Assembly: GCF_018350175.1 (NCBI RefSeq) | Contig: NC_058375.1 | Coordinates: 9,796,001-9,860,000 of the forward strand | DNA length: 64,000 nt | From: Felis catus | Lineage: Eukaryota | Direction: 5' to 3' | In this document: positions 12,426 through 24,570 of the stretch, piece after piece | Layout: each line of letters begins with the position of its first letter | Numbering within the stretch: position 1 is the stretch's first letter | Position numbers and translations under genes: made by a program | Notes under the pieces: generated by a model | What the model saw: the letters and a program-made list of their open reading frames with translations, nothing else | Told to the model about the DNA's origin: nothing | The model's database searches: none

Positions 12426-12650
12426 CCATTTTGGCGATCTCTGTGGGGCGTAGGGTGGGAGTGGGATGAAGCGGCTTTGAAGGCCCCCTTCCAGCCGTGA
12501 GAGAAAGCCGAGGTTTCGAGGAAGCTCACTGTGGAAAAGCCTACCTGGTGAGTAGGGTCACTTGCCTTCAAAACCCTCTTCCACCTGCCAGCTAGTTAGT
12601 TAAGCCATTTCACTAAGGCTAGAAAGGCCTCTGTGATCGTACATATATTC

Positions 12651-13040
12651 TTAGAGCAGCTTTATTGAGCTCACATTCACATACCATACAGTTAACCCAC
12701 ATCATTGTACAAATCAGTGCTTTTTAGTAGTAGAGTTGTACAGCTGGCACTGCATTCAGCTCTACAACATTTCCAGTCACCCCAATGAGAAACCTCCTAC
12801 CCAGTCGCAGTCACTCCCCCTTTCTCCCCAAGCCGCTAGCCCTAGGCAACCATAAATCTACTTTGTATCCATGTAGATTTACCTCTCCTGGACATGCCAC
12901 CGAAATGGGGTCACGCAGCATGTGATCTTTTATGAGCAGCTGCTTTCTCTTCGTATAGTATTTTCAAGGCTGACCCAGGTTGCAGCATACATCGCTTCCT
13001 TCCGTTCTATGGCCAGATATCCCTTTGTTTGGATGTACTC
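12651..13040 (-). mobile_element. L1M (L1MB-like) 3' end
   Basis: cagctttattgag…cacataccatacagttaacccac…gccctaggcaaccataaatctactttg. Confidence 0.75.
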
Positions 13041-13574
13041 GTGCAATATTTGGGACTTACTTAACACTTAGAAAAGGGAATCACTTGTTGTTTATCTATA
13101 GGAGTTCGTATCTAACCGGTCCGCTGGCTCTTACCTGGCAACTGTTACCTCTGCAGCAGTGACTTCAGCTGTTGTTCTAGGGGCCGTTTACTGAGAATTG
13201 CCATGTGCCAACCATTCCCCACACATTCCCTCTCCTGTCACAGCAACCCAGCAGGACAGGTACTTCGACAGCCATCTCACAGGTGAAGAAACAGGCTCAG
13301 ACGCATTAAGCCATTTGCCCAGGGCCACACAGCTGGCAGATGTAGACTGGGGATTGGATTCAGCCCTTTCCGGCCCAAGGTTCAGTATTTCCTACTTGCC
13401 TCTCGCTGCTGCCTCTCATGTCACCCTTTGGTTTCTCCAGCTCTCAAGCCACCTGCAGGTAGAAACTGTGTACAACATGGGTCAGTCCCCAGCTCCCCAG
13501 AACAGCAGTCAGCTACTGGACTTCTGCTCCACCCCAGACTGGCCATAAGAGAAGCAGAGGTTTAAAAGTATGGG

Positions 13575-14035
13575 TGAAGATGTCCATCAACTGATGAATG
13601 GATAAAGATGTGGTTTATATATACAATGGAATATACTTGGCAGTGAGAAAGAATGGTATCTTGCCATTTGTGACAACGTGGATGGAACTGGAGGGTATTA
13701 TGCTGAGTGAAATAAGTCCGAGAGAGACAGATCTGTGTTTTCATTCATATGTGGAACTTGAGAAACTTAACAGACGACCATGGCAGAAGGGAAAGGGAAA
13801 AAAATAGGTTCAAACAGAGAGGGAGGCAAACCCATAAGAGACTCTTAAATACAGAGAACAAACAGGGTTGATGGGAGGGGTGGGGGACAGGGGAAAATGG
13901 ATGATGGGCATTGAGGAGGACACTTGCTGGGATGAGCACTGGGTGTCGCATGTAAGCGATGAGTCACAGGAATCTACCCCCGAAACCAAGAGTACAGTGT
14001 ATATACACTGTATGTTGGCTAACTCGACAATAATT
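13575..14035 (+). mobile_element. Carnivore/cat L1 3' end (ORF2 tail + 3' UTR), running into a gap
   Basis: Encodes …ILPFVTTWMELEGIMLSEIS…; 3' UTR aaacccataagagactcttaaatacagagaacaaac…gggatgagcactggg. Confidence 0.88.
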
Positions 14036-14174
14036 NNNNNNNNNNNNNNNNNNNNNNNNNNNNNNNNNNNNNNNNNNNNNNNNNNNNNNNNNNNNNNNNN
14101 NNNNNNNNNNNNNNNNNNNNNNNNNNNNNNNNNNNNNNNNNNNNNNNNNNNNNNNNNNNNNNNNNNNNNNNNNN
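14036..14174. other. Assembly gap (N run)
   Basis: 139 N. Confidence 1.
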
Positions 14175-14579
14175 CTCTGCCTGCTCCAGCACATGTCACT
14201 GGCCTAGCCTTGGTTCCTTGTTTGTACAAGGGGATGACCACTCTGCCCACCTTCCTGATTTCTAGCTACTATGTGTTTGCTTAAAGGTAAGTGAATTTAC
14301 CTGCCTCAGGGATCACCTGACTGATTGTTCAAGGAGAGATTCTTGGCCTCCAATTTCACATCTGCTGAATCAGAATCCCTGGGGGCGGGGCGGGGGGGGG
14401 GTGGGGTCTGGGCCACCTGCCTGGCCAACTGTTCTGCGCAGTCCACCAACTTTAACGCCGGGCAAAGGCCGTAGCATGTCTGCAAACAGGCAGACCAGTG
14501 AATCAGGGGCGCCCCTGGGGTTTGCATTAACCGGCTTCTCCAGTGCTTTTTCTGAGCGTCAGGCTGTGCCTGGGGCCCA

Positions 14580-15700
14580 GTCACCGCCAGGACTGGGGAG
14601 CGGGCTCCAGAGACGCCCACCCACCGGATGCTTGGAAGATCCTTAAACCTGCGCCCCTGGGGGAGAGACCGGGAGCGAGGCGCTGGGGAGCAGGGAGCTC
14701 CGCATGGCCTGCGGCTGCGGCAGCTGGCAGCGCGGGGATGATAGGGTCCTCCGATCCCTCCTGGGGTCGCCTGAGGTCAGCACTCGCACGGAGACGCAGA
14801 CTCCATGCTGGGCGCGTCTCGGTTGCCCCGGCAACCGCCACCGGAAGCGGGTGCTACGTCTGACGTCAAGTCCCAGGTCCGGAGCAGCCTGCCGCTGCGT
14901 CACGCGGACGTCATGCGCCTTCGGGGGCGCCGTCACGTCACGTAGGCGTTTCCCTGCTTACGTCATCAGGGGCAGGGTGAGTACAGGGCCCTGAGGCGGT
15001 TTGAGAGAGCTCGCGAGCGCACCCACGACATTTCCTCCAGGTTGTTGTTATGATTGTTCTATGTTGCTGTTAATGGTCCTGCATCCCTTGCTGCCCGTGA
15101 TTTACAAGCTTTGTTTTTTTCAACGCTCGAGTTTATCGGCGGTGTGCACCCGTGGGGAGACGCATAGTCCGTGCAGGGTGGGTGCTGGCCGTACCCCCCC
15201 CCCCCCCCCCCCCCGCGGGTAAGGGGTCGCGCGAGCGCACTGCTTTCCGGACACAGGCCGGGCCACCCTCCTGGGCACCTGGGCGGGAGCGGGTGGGGTC
15301 CTCCCTTGGCCCCGGGGTGAGCCGGCTGCCTCTCCTTCATGCCAATGGGCGTCAAGAGGAACGTGGAGGCCACGGACCGCTTGGGGGAGGGGTGGGTAGA
15401 GCAGGTCCCCGAGCTCCCTGCCCTGAAGAGGGTGGCTTGGCCCCCCAGCCCCCACTCAGGTGTGAGATGAAGGCAGAGAGGCAGGGTCGGCCGTGGGGTG
15501 TCCGGCTCCTGACCCGTCGGGTCCTGAGGGCGCGAGTTCTCCAGGCTAGGAGCCTGGACGCCTCAGACCGCCCCCAACAGCCTTGCCTGGCCGTGGCTCA
15601 GCCGGAGGAGGCCTCTGCTCCAAGACGGCCGCCTGGCCCGGGGTCTGCCCCTTCTTTCCAAGAGGCTGGCGGGTGGGGGGCGAAGCACCCGGCCCAGGGG
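14580..15700. promoter_or_regulatory. Orphan CpG island / promoter with RFX X-box, ETS and clustered CRE sites
   Basis: High CpG density; CGGTTGCC-CC-GGCAACCG (14820-14837); CCGGAAG (14841-14847); TGACGTCA (14861-14868); further CGTCA cores at 14898, 14909, 14931, 14936, 14961; CTCGCGAG (15010-15017); donors AGG|GTGAGT (14976/7) and CGG|GTAAGG (15218/9). Confidence 0.72.
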
Positions 15701-16069
15701 GAAGCGGCCTGTGCCTGAGACGGATGGAGCACAAAGTGAGTTTCTCTCCTCTGGCCTGCCCTCCACCTCCAGCAGCAGGGGCTGAGAAAGAGCAGGTTTG
15801 CTGATAGGGTGAGGCAGGGGAAGGTCACTCTCTGTCCTGTGACTTTGGGCCAGCTGACTTCCATGCGGGGCCTGTGTGTGGGACCACTGCGAGTCAGAGT
15901 CAGCGCTTGCACAAAGCTAAGAGTGAGGGTGTCCTTACGTTTTGCACCCGGAAGTTGCCTCGTTTGTGCCCTCCTAGCCCTGATCTTGGCCTGTGATGCT
16001 GTGTGTTTCTCTGGGCCGTGTGTACATCTCTGAATCGGTTATGTCACTGTAAAAAGTCACCAAGGACTA

Positions 16070-16296
16070 GGGCGGCTGGGTGGCTCAATCGATTAAGCCT
16101 CTGACTTTGGCGCAGGTCGTGATCTTACAGTCTGTGAGTTCAACCTCCCCCCCCCCCCCCCGCCCTTTGGGCTCTTTGTTGACAGCTCAGAGCCTGGAAC
16201 CTGCTTCAGAGTCTGTCTGTCTGTCTGTCTCTCTCTCTCCCCCTCCCCTGCTCATGAACTCTCATGCTTAAAAATAAACATGAAAAAAAAAAAAAA
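16070..16296 (+). mobile_element. Can-SINE (cat SINEC type)
   Basis: gggcggctgggtggctcaatcgattaag head, (CT) tract, AATAAA and A-tail. Confidence 0.9.
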
Positions 16297-16944
16297 CCTC
16301 CAAGGATTTTCTCTGCACTTAGGATAAAATCCAACTCCTTTTATTGGTTTAGAAAACCCACTGACTCCAGCCTCACCTTATACACCAGCATCTTTTTCCT
16401 TGCGCTCTCTGTTCTAGACATACCGATTGTGGTTTTGCTTCTGTCTTCTGCCACAGGACCTTTGACTAACCAGTAACTTTCCACCCAGAAATCACATGAC
16501 TCTCAGCTTAGGTGTAGTCCCCTCAGCCTCCTTTCCTGAGGTCTAATGTGGCCTCCCTGTCATTTGGTCTTGTTGATTTTATTCACTACCTGAGATTTTC
16601 TAGTTTCTCAGCTTCTCTAGAATGTCAGCCCAGAGGGAACAGACAGACCTTATCCCTCTATTTCTTTGTTGGCTACGGCATCCAGCACCCAGTAGGCCCT
16701 CAGGATTCACTGTGGGATGCTTTGAAAGGCATCCTGCGGGCAAAGTGACCTTAGAGGAGGCCTTGATGAGTTGGGGATTGAATGCAGCTTTGTGACAATG
16801 GCTGGTTCGAGGTTGCCAACCTGGGTGGAGCATTCGGCCCAATCCTCAACCATGGCCTGCTTCTGTGTAGGGGTCTGTCTATGCAGACCATTTTTGCAGA
16901 GGGGGAAGTAAGGCGGCTTTTATTTTAAATGTCACTGCTGCAGA

Positions 16945-17140
16945 GATAACGCTGCCGGGTAAGACCCAGCACACCGAGTTACATTTAAATGTCAGATAAA
17001 TGAGTGATTTTTTTTTTTAAACTATAAATACGTACCGAATATTGCATGGGCCATACTTCCGCTAAAAATTTGTTGTTGGTCTGAAATGGAGATGTAATGG
17101 AGCATTCTGAATTTTTATTTGCCAAATCTGGCAACCCTAT
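16945..17140. mobile_element. MER53-like DNA transposon MITE
   Basis: gttacatttaaatgtcagataa…atattgcatggg…atttttatttgccaaatctggcaacccta. Confidence 0.65.
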
Positions 17141-18594
17141 TCAGAGGACTAAGGCCCTCAGCTGTGTTCTTCTGGGACCTCCTGCCCGGTTCCAGCTGTT
17201 CTCCCTGAACTTGTCAGCCAGGCCTGGCCCTCAGCCCAGCAGCTGGTGCAGTGGCTCCCCTTGCTCTCAATTATAGCTCATGCTGTGGATGTGAAGGTCA
17301 CCAATGTCAAGTGTGGCCCTGAGGACTCTAAAGAGTGTTCAAGTGGCTTTTGATGCCTGCCTATGTCTTGGAGTTGCGGCTCTGACCTTTGCTTGATGCA
17401 TAAGATTTTTTTTTTTTTTTAAACCATCTTGTCTTTCCTGCCATCTGATGTGATTCCTTTGACAGTGGGGCAGACAAGTGGACCAGTTTTGGTGTCGGCA
17501 GGTAGGATGTTGCCAAATGCCATCATTCTTGGGCAAGGAAGGGCTTCTACGGCTGTGGGCCCCCTGCCCTGTCCCGGGGCCATGCTGGGTGAGCCCTTCT
17601 AAGCCAGCTGACACATGGCTCCCATCTGCTTCGTTTTACCCAAGTGCCATTAGGTGACACTGGCCGCGCTAGGACGGGAACAGAGGGAAGGCAGGGACCC
17701 GGAGCGTGTGAATACTCACCGTGGGGCCCCGGGAGGGGCAGCTGCCCTTGGGCCATCCAGCCCTCCTGTGACTTTGTAAGCCTGGGGGCGTGTCCAGCTC
17801 CCAGTGAGCATCTAACCTGTGTGTGCTGCCTCCACACCCGAGGCACGGGGCCAATTTGGGGCCAATTCTGGTGTGATTCCTTAAACACCAAAATCTTAAT
17901 TTGCTATTTAGAAAACACACATTGAAGTAACCTGAGAAAAATAGAATTTAAAGAAGTTCCCAGGTACCCATTGGCCCTTTAGGGCCTAATCCTCAAGGTT
18001 TTTATGTAAATAAGTGTCAGCTAACTGGCCATGCCACCAACCTGCTGGTGTGACCTTGAGATGCTGTTGGACCTCCTCCTGCCTCAGTTCCCTCATGTTT
18101 AGAGTGGGGATGATCGCAGACCTTCCCTGTAGGTGTCTGGGAAGATTAAGTTGATTGTTACATCAAAGGCTCTTAGAAGAGTGCCCAGCTCCGGGTGTGG
18201 ACTATCAGTATTCATTATGATGTCATTTATATTGAACTTTGACACTTTAAGAGCATTGCTACGTGTGCATTTCTCTTAATGGTCACAGTGGTGGTGGAGG
18301 GTTCACGTTATAGCTGTCATTGGGAGTCTCCATTTTCATATGGACATCCTTGTATTTGCCCACAGTATGATTTTGTTTTTATCGGAATGGAAGTAGAATG
18401 GCCATGTTAAAAGGCAATAATTGATGATCGTTATTAAATACGCACTGTATACCAACCGCTGGGCTACGTGTCTGCCTAATGGAAACCCCATGGAGGTAAA
18501 CTCCATCATTGTTTCAATATTTATGGAGGAGGAAACCACCTTAAAGAGGCTGTACTCCTCTGAAGTCTCAAATGGTGGATGAAGCTACCTTTTT

Positions 18595-19320
18595 TTTTTT
18601 TTTTGATTAATTTTTTAATTTTGCGTGAGCGTATGGTGTAAGGTGGTGTGGCCCAGTTTCACTCTCGTGCACGTGGCTGTTGAGTTTTCCCAACACCATT
18701 TATTGAAGAAGCCATCCTTCCCCCATTGTGCATTCTCGGCAACTTTGTTGTAACTGAATTGACCATATATGCGTGGGTTCAGGGTTTATTTCTCGGCTCT
18801 GCATTCTATGCCCTCGATCTATGTGTCTGTTTTTATGCCAGTACCATACTGTTTGATTACTAAGGCATCGTGCTAGAGTTTGAAATCAGGAAGCATGCTA
18901 TCTCTAGCCCTGTTCTTCTTTCTCAAGACGGCTGGGGCAGTTTGGGGTCGTTCTATGCAAATTTTAGGATTATTCTTTTTTTCTGTGAGAACTGCCATTG
19001 GAATTTTGATGGGGATTGCATTGAATCTAGATGTCTTCAGATAGTGTGGGCATTTCATGAGTTCAGTGCTTCCAGTCTGCGAGCACAGTACGTCTTTGCA
19101 TTTGTGTCTTCGCTTTTTTTCATCAGGATCTTCTAGTTTTCAGCGTACAGGTGTCTCACTTCCTTGATTAAATTTATTCCTTAGGTCTTTTATCCTTTTT
19201 GATACCCTTGTAAATTGTTTTCTTAATTTCTCTTTCTGATAGCATGTAGAAACATAATTGATTTTTGGATATTGCTTCGGAATCCTGCGGCTTTACTGAA
19301 TTTGTTGATTAGTTCTGACT
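18595..19320 (-). mobile_element. L1 ORF2 fragment
   Basis: Minus-strand translation RFNAIPIKIPM…NPKICIERPQTAPAVLRKKNRA…LPDFKL is L1 ORF2. Confidence 0.85.
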
Positions 19321-19854
19321 GCTGGTCTGTTGTTGGAGGTCTAAGTGGAAGACGTTTTGTGCCCCAGTCTCCATGGAACGTCCTCTAATTGCTGCAAATG
19401 TATGAGCTTCAAGGCTCTTCCTTGTCTTCCTAAGGCTCTTTGGTTTGCCCGATGCCACCCAAGGCCCCCATGCCCATCCTCTCTAAAGCAGGGCAGGCTA
19501 TAGGACTCCTGCTGAGAGAGGTGGGGAGGGCTTTTGAGAGTGTCTGAGAATAGGGTCCTCCTGGCACAGGGCAGGGGTGAGTGAAAACCGGCTGCCCTGG
19601 GCTCTGTTTCCAGCTTGGTTCTGCAGTCTTAAGGAAATCACCTTTTTGCCGAAGTACCCTTGGTGTCCTCCCAACAGCTACCTGGACAGAGGCGGGGAGA
19701 GAGCTCGAATGCAGGGGAGTCGCACAGGTGCTCTTTTCCCTTCCTGGGGACAGCCTCCCCAGCAAGGTGTCTCAGGTGGGCTTATCTGGTGCCAGCTCTG
19801 TGCGCTGCAGACCCACTGCTGCTCCCAAAAGTCTAGTAGAAACCTCCAGGCTCA

Positions 19855-20055
19855 GGGGCACCGGGTGGCTCAGTCGGGTGAGCATCCGACGTCGGCTCAG
19901 GTCGTGGTCTCGTGGTTCGTGAGTTCGAGCCCCGCATCGGGTTCATTGCTGTCAGCCTGTCTACACGGAGCCCACTTCAGATCCTCTGTCTTCCTCTCTC
20001 TGCTCCTCCCCTGCTTGGGCTCTCTCCCAAAATACATAGATACTAAAAAAAAAAA
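19855..20055 (+). mobile_element. Can-SINE with TSD ctccaggctcag
   Basis: ggggcaccgggtggctcagtcgg head, A-tail, flanking direct repeat aa(c/t)ctccaggctcag. Confidence 0.9.
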
Positions 20056-20976
20056 CAATCTCCAGGCTCAGCATCCTCTCACAGGTGCCTGCTGGGGAGC
20101 AGGGTCCCCAGTCAGGATGGATGTAAAAAAGGAAGGGAACCTGCGGAAGGTGCAGTCAGTGCGACCCAAGAGCCATTCCCGGGATGCCCATGGCCAGATG
20201 CCCGTGCTTTCTTCTGGCTTCTCTCCCTCTTGCTCTGGGGGCCCTTCTCCAGGATGTGCCAGCTGAGACGCAGTGTCCCTCGCTTCACTGTGCTGAGCTG
20301 GCGGTTCGGAGAGGCCTCTGGTTCTGCCCTTCCTGCCGGTCGGATGGGCCTGGGCTGCTTACGGCTCCTTGGCTCTGTCCTCTCCTCCTGACACCAGGCC
20401 TGTTCTGTGGTACGGCTCTTCGGAGCGTGGTCCCTCTGTAGGTCCCCAGTGATGGGGTCAGCCCCCAGTCCACATAGGAGCAGCCACCGTTGGGGGGAGT
20501 CCTGGACCTTCTAGAAGGACGTGAAGCTTTTTAACGTGGAGAATGATTGTGATTGTGTTTGTGTGCAGGAAGGATGGGTATTCTTGTCCCCCAGTGTTGA
20601 AGATATTTCTTCCATAACCGAACTCCAGGTGTGGCCCCAGGGCACGGCTAGGACCTGTGGCATAGGACATGCAAGGGAGCAGACTTGGCCTCATGCGAAG
20701 GCTTGGTTGCCTTTTAATCTAAAAACATGCTGGTGGTCAAGTCTGTGATGGGCAGTCGTGATGCTGATCTTCTCCACCGTCCCAGCCCCACCTCGAGGTC
20801 AGTGCCATCTCATGGCCCACCTGTGACTGGGACCAGTCCCTGCCTGGCCATAGGATGTCGGGTGGAGCTGGGTTTGAACCTCGGGCCGGGGACATTTTTG
20901 CCCGGGAGCAGTGGGGAGACACCAAACAGCCACCTTCATTTCTCTTCAGCCTTTCATGGTTTTTTGTTTTTGCCTT

Positions 20977-21239
20977 TGTTTTTTATTTTATTAAAAAAAA
21001 TTTTTTTTTAAGTTTATTTTTTGAGAGAGAGAGAGAAAGAGAGAGGCAGACTGCAAGCGGGGGAGGGGCAGAGGCGGGGGGGGGGGGGCGGCGGGGTACA
21101 CAGAATCTGAAGCAGGCTCCAGGCTCAGAGCTGTCAGCACAGAGCCCGACACAGAGCTCCAACCCAGGAACCGTGAGATCATGACCTGAGCGGAAGTTGG
21201 ACGCCCAGGGACCGAAGGACGGAGCCACCCAGGCGCCCC
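20977..21239 (-). mobile_element. Can-SINE
   Basis: Poly-T, (GA)n, gaagcaggctccaggctcagagctgtcagcacagag, ending gagccacccaggcgcccc. Confidence 0.92.
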
Positions 21240-22279
21240 TTTGTCTTTGTTTTTTTTAATCTGTTTTTGTTTTTGTTTTTTAAATCCTGCTCGGCTCGTT
21301 TAGCATGCTTGCTTATTACAGAGATTTCTTGTGTTTGGGATGCATTCAACTCTCTGAAAGGCAAAAGTCCCCACCTTTTGTGAAGGTGTGCATTCCCCAG
21401 TGACTGGACAAGTGAGAAGGGTCAGGTGACCACTTGGACTGTGATGCGGGAGTGGGAGACTCCCCTTCTGGGTGGAAGAAGAAACGGAGGAGGGGGCCAG
21501 GAATGCGCTGTCCTTCCTGTGATCACAGAGGGGAGACCCCCGCTCCCTCCCCTAGCCCTGGGTGAGGTCTGGTTAACCTCTGGAGACCTTAGTAGACCGA
21601 GGGGTCCTTGAAGCTTGTCAGAGCAAGCTGGGCGGCCCCCCCCTGCAGGAGGGGGCTCTGCTGGAAGTGTGTCTTTTTGGAAGACCCTGCGTGCAGTCGG
21701 GCTGCTGGGTGGGAGGCACATCGGGCCGCCCTGACTCTGGACACGGGGGAGCAGGGGGGCCGCTCTGCGGCTGCTCAGCCCCCCTGCCTGAGCCGCTCAT
21801 CCCTACGGTGCAGGCGGACCCGTCGGAGCCCGTACAGGCGATTCCCCACTGGCAGAAGGGCTGCGGCTGGCATTCTGGGTCGTGTTCCCACCAGAACGGG
21901 GTTTTCAGATGTCCTCAGTGCTGGTTCCAGTCTGCCTGTCTAGTTTTACCCCTGTTGGGCGGTGCTCTGATCTCGCTCTTACCCCAGCCCGCCTCTGGGC
22001 CACCCCCCTTCCCTGCTGGGGGAGGCTGGGGCGTAACAAGCCGCAGAATGGCGAGGGTCTGATCCTGGCTCTGCCCCTGTCTGGCCTTGCACACGGAACC
22101 CCGCACACCATGTGTGATCCCTGACGGCTAACGTGGGGGGTGTTCTGAGGGGCGAGGGCAGCCGTGGAAGGTGCGGGCTGGGGTGGGCCCCGTGGTAAGC
22201 CTTCATGGCGGGAGGCGCTGCTGGAAGGATCCAGCGCGATCCTGGGACGTTTGTTTCAGGGCGCAGCCTCTGTTCTCGA

Positions 22280-22667
22280 TCGCACTGGGCCGCGTGGCTG
22301 CGATCAAGTACCACGGACTGGGGGGCTTAGGCAGCTCATTCATTCTCTCACAGCTCTGGGGGCTGGGAGGCCAAGATCAGGCTGTCGGCAGCGCTGGTTT
22401 CTCCCGAGGCCTCTCCCCTGGCTTGCAGGTGGCCGCCTTCTCTCTGTGGCATCACGCGGTCTCCCCTCTGTGCTCCCATCCCTGGTGTCTCTCCTCCTCC
22501 TCGTGAGCACGCCCGTCCTACAGGATTAGGGCTCACCCTTATGGCATTTGGCTTTAACTGCCTCTTTTAAAGGCCCTGTCTCCAAATACAGTCACATTCT
22601 CAGGTGTACTGGGAGTGAGGATTTCAACATACGAATTTGGGCAGGGGTCACAATTCAGTCCATAACA
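22280..22667. mobile_element. MLT1 (MaLR) solo LTR
   Basis: aagtaccacggactgg…ttctctcacagctctgggggctggga…ccctgtctccaaatacagtcacattct…caattcagtccataaca. Confidence 0.8.
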
Positions 22668-22789
22668 TGAACATTCTGATAATTTTTCTGTCCTGTGGAA
22701 ACTGCAGGCGAGATCCACGGAAGAGACAGCTGAGTCTGTAGTAGGTGTGGGCCTTGGAGTACATGCGGGAAAGCGGTCACAGTGTTTGC

Positions 22790-23012
22790 TTTTTTTTTTT
22801 TATTGAAAAATTTTTTTAATGTTTATTTTATTTTTGAGAGAGAGAGAGAGAGGGAGAGACAGAGAGTGAGCAGGGGACAGGCAGAGAGAGAGAGAGAGAC
22901 ACAGAATCTGAAACGGGCTCCAGGCTCTGAGCTGTCAGCACAGAGCCCGATGTGGGGCTCGAACCCACGAACCGTGAGATCACGACCTGAGGTGAAGTTG
23001 GACGCTCAACGC
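22790..23012 (-). mobile_element. Can-SINE, 5'-truncated
   Basis: Tail and body present; head stops at ggacgctcaac. Confidence 0.88.
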
Positions 23013-23323
23013 TTTTTAACCTCATCAGATAGTCCCTCCCACCATTCCCCAGGGACACACTGGCATTTGCTGCTAGTTCAGTGTTTGTAACTCATACCTA
23101 GGTCTTGGAGTCCAGATGACTTTGACCTCTGTCCTCTCCCCCTTGTGCCCATCAGTCAGGATGGGCTCTTTATGCTGTAGTAACAGAGTCTTAGTTGCTG
23201 AAGACAAATGCTGATTTCTTGAGCATGGAATGTGCTGATTGCGGATTGACTAGGGACCCTTCCCCACATTTGCTGACTCTTGGATGGACACAGAATGGTT
23301 GCTCTATGCATATGTGTATATGT

Positions 23324-23324
<1 letters not shown>

Positions 23325-23355
<31 letters not shown>
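23325..23355. repeat. (CA)n microsatellite
   Basis: ~15 CA units. Confidence 0.95.
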
Positions 23356-23358
<3 letters not shown>

Positions 23359-24215
23359 GATTATATAAACTCACTCCCAACCACCACCCAGGACAAGAAT
23401 GGAACTTTGCCCCAGCCATCCAGCACCAATTACAGCTGCCTTGTTTCCCTCCAAAAGTAACTACTGTCCTGACTTTCATAGTGGCCACTTTCTTGTATTT
23501 GTTTGTTTAATTAAGCTTCTAACTTTGAGATGAATTGTAGATTCATGTGTAGTTGTAAGAAAATACTACAGAGATCCTGAATACCCTTTGCCTAGTTTGC
23601 CCCAGTGGTAACTATAGCACAGCAGGATATTGACCTTGATTCGGTCAAGATACGGGACATCTCCATCACCACGGAGACCCCCATCACCACGGAGACCCCT
23701 TTGGAAGCCACATCAACTTTCCTCGCTCCTCCTTCACCCGTAATCATCTGTTCTCCATCTCTGTAATTTCGTCACTTTAAGAATGTTCTACATGGAATCA
23801 CATAGTATATGTAGCCTTTTGGGACTGGCTTGTTTCGCTCAGTGAGGTTCTCTCAAGGTTCCTCCAGGTTATCATGTGTGTGTTGCTAGTTTGTTCCTTT
23901 TATTGATAAGTCGCGTTCCACGGTGCATCCCAGTAAGCACTTCACCCATTGAAAGGCATCTAGGTTGTTTCCACTTCGGGGCTGTGATGGAATAAAGCTA
24001 CTATAGACAGACTCTTGTGCACACGTTTTTGTGTGAACACAGTTTTCGTTCCTCTGGGATGAATTCTTGGGAGTGCAATCATTGAGATGTATACCCAGTT
24101 TTGTTTTATTTTTAAGAAACTGCCCAACTGTTTTCCAAAGCGGTTCTACTATTTTACGTTCTCCAGCGTAGGAACGATCCAGAGAGTGATTTCTCTGCAT
24201 TTGGTGTGGTCACTA

Positions 24216-24365
24216 NNNNNNNNNNNNNNNNNNNNNNNNNNNNNNNNNNNNNNNNNNNNNNNNNNNNNNNNNNNNNNNNNNNNNNNNNNNNNNNNNNNNN
24301 NNNNNNNNNNNNNNNNNNNNNNNNNNNNNNNNNNNNNNNNNNNNNNNNNNNNNNNNNNNNNNNNN
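24216..24365. other. Assembly gap (N run)
   Basis: 150 N. Confidence 1.
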
Positions 24366-24570
24366 TTACTGCTGAGCTTTGAGGGCACTTTATATATTCT
24401 AGAGGATAGTTCTTTGTTACGTATGTGTTTGCAAATATTTTCTTCCAGTCTGCGGTTTGTCTTTTTGTCCTTTTAACAGGGTTTTTTCACAAAACAAAAC
24501 CACCCAATTGAAACTTTTTTTTTTGGGGGGGGGATGAAAACCTGTTTATTCTTTTACGGATCATGTTTTT

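Noticed and set aside
11544-14284. ORFs containing poly-X
   Set aside because: Artefacts of translating through N gaps (also 24087-24476).
14225-14292. Strong donor AAG|GTAAGT at 14286/7 as a read-through PRDM2 exon
   Set aside because: Lies beyond the poly(A) site next to an assembly gap, acceptor ambiguous; isolated donors are common.
15152-15718. 188-aa ORF downstream of the orphan promoter
   Set aside because: GTG start, depends on a long C homopolymer and GC bias; no coding signature.
19577-20266. 229-aa ORF
   Set aside because: GTG start, runs straight through a Can-SINE and its A-tail, no domain resemblance.
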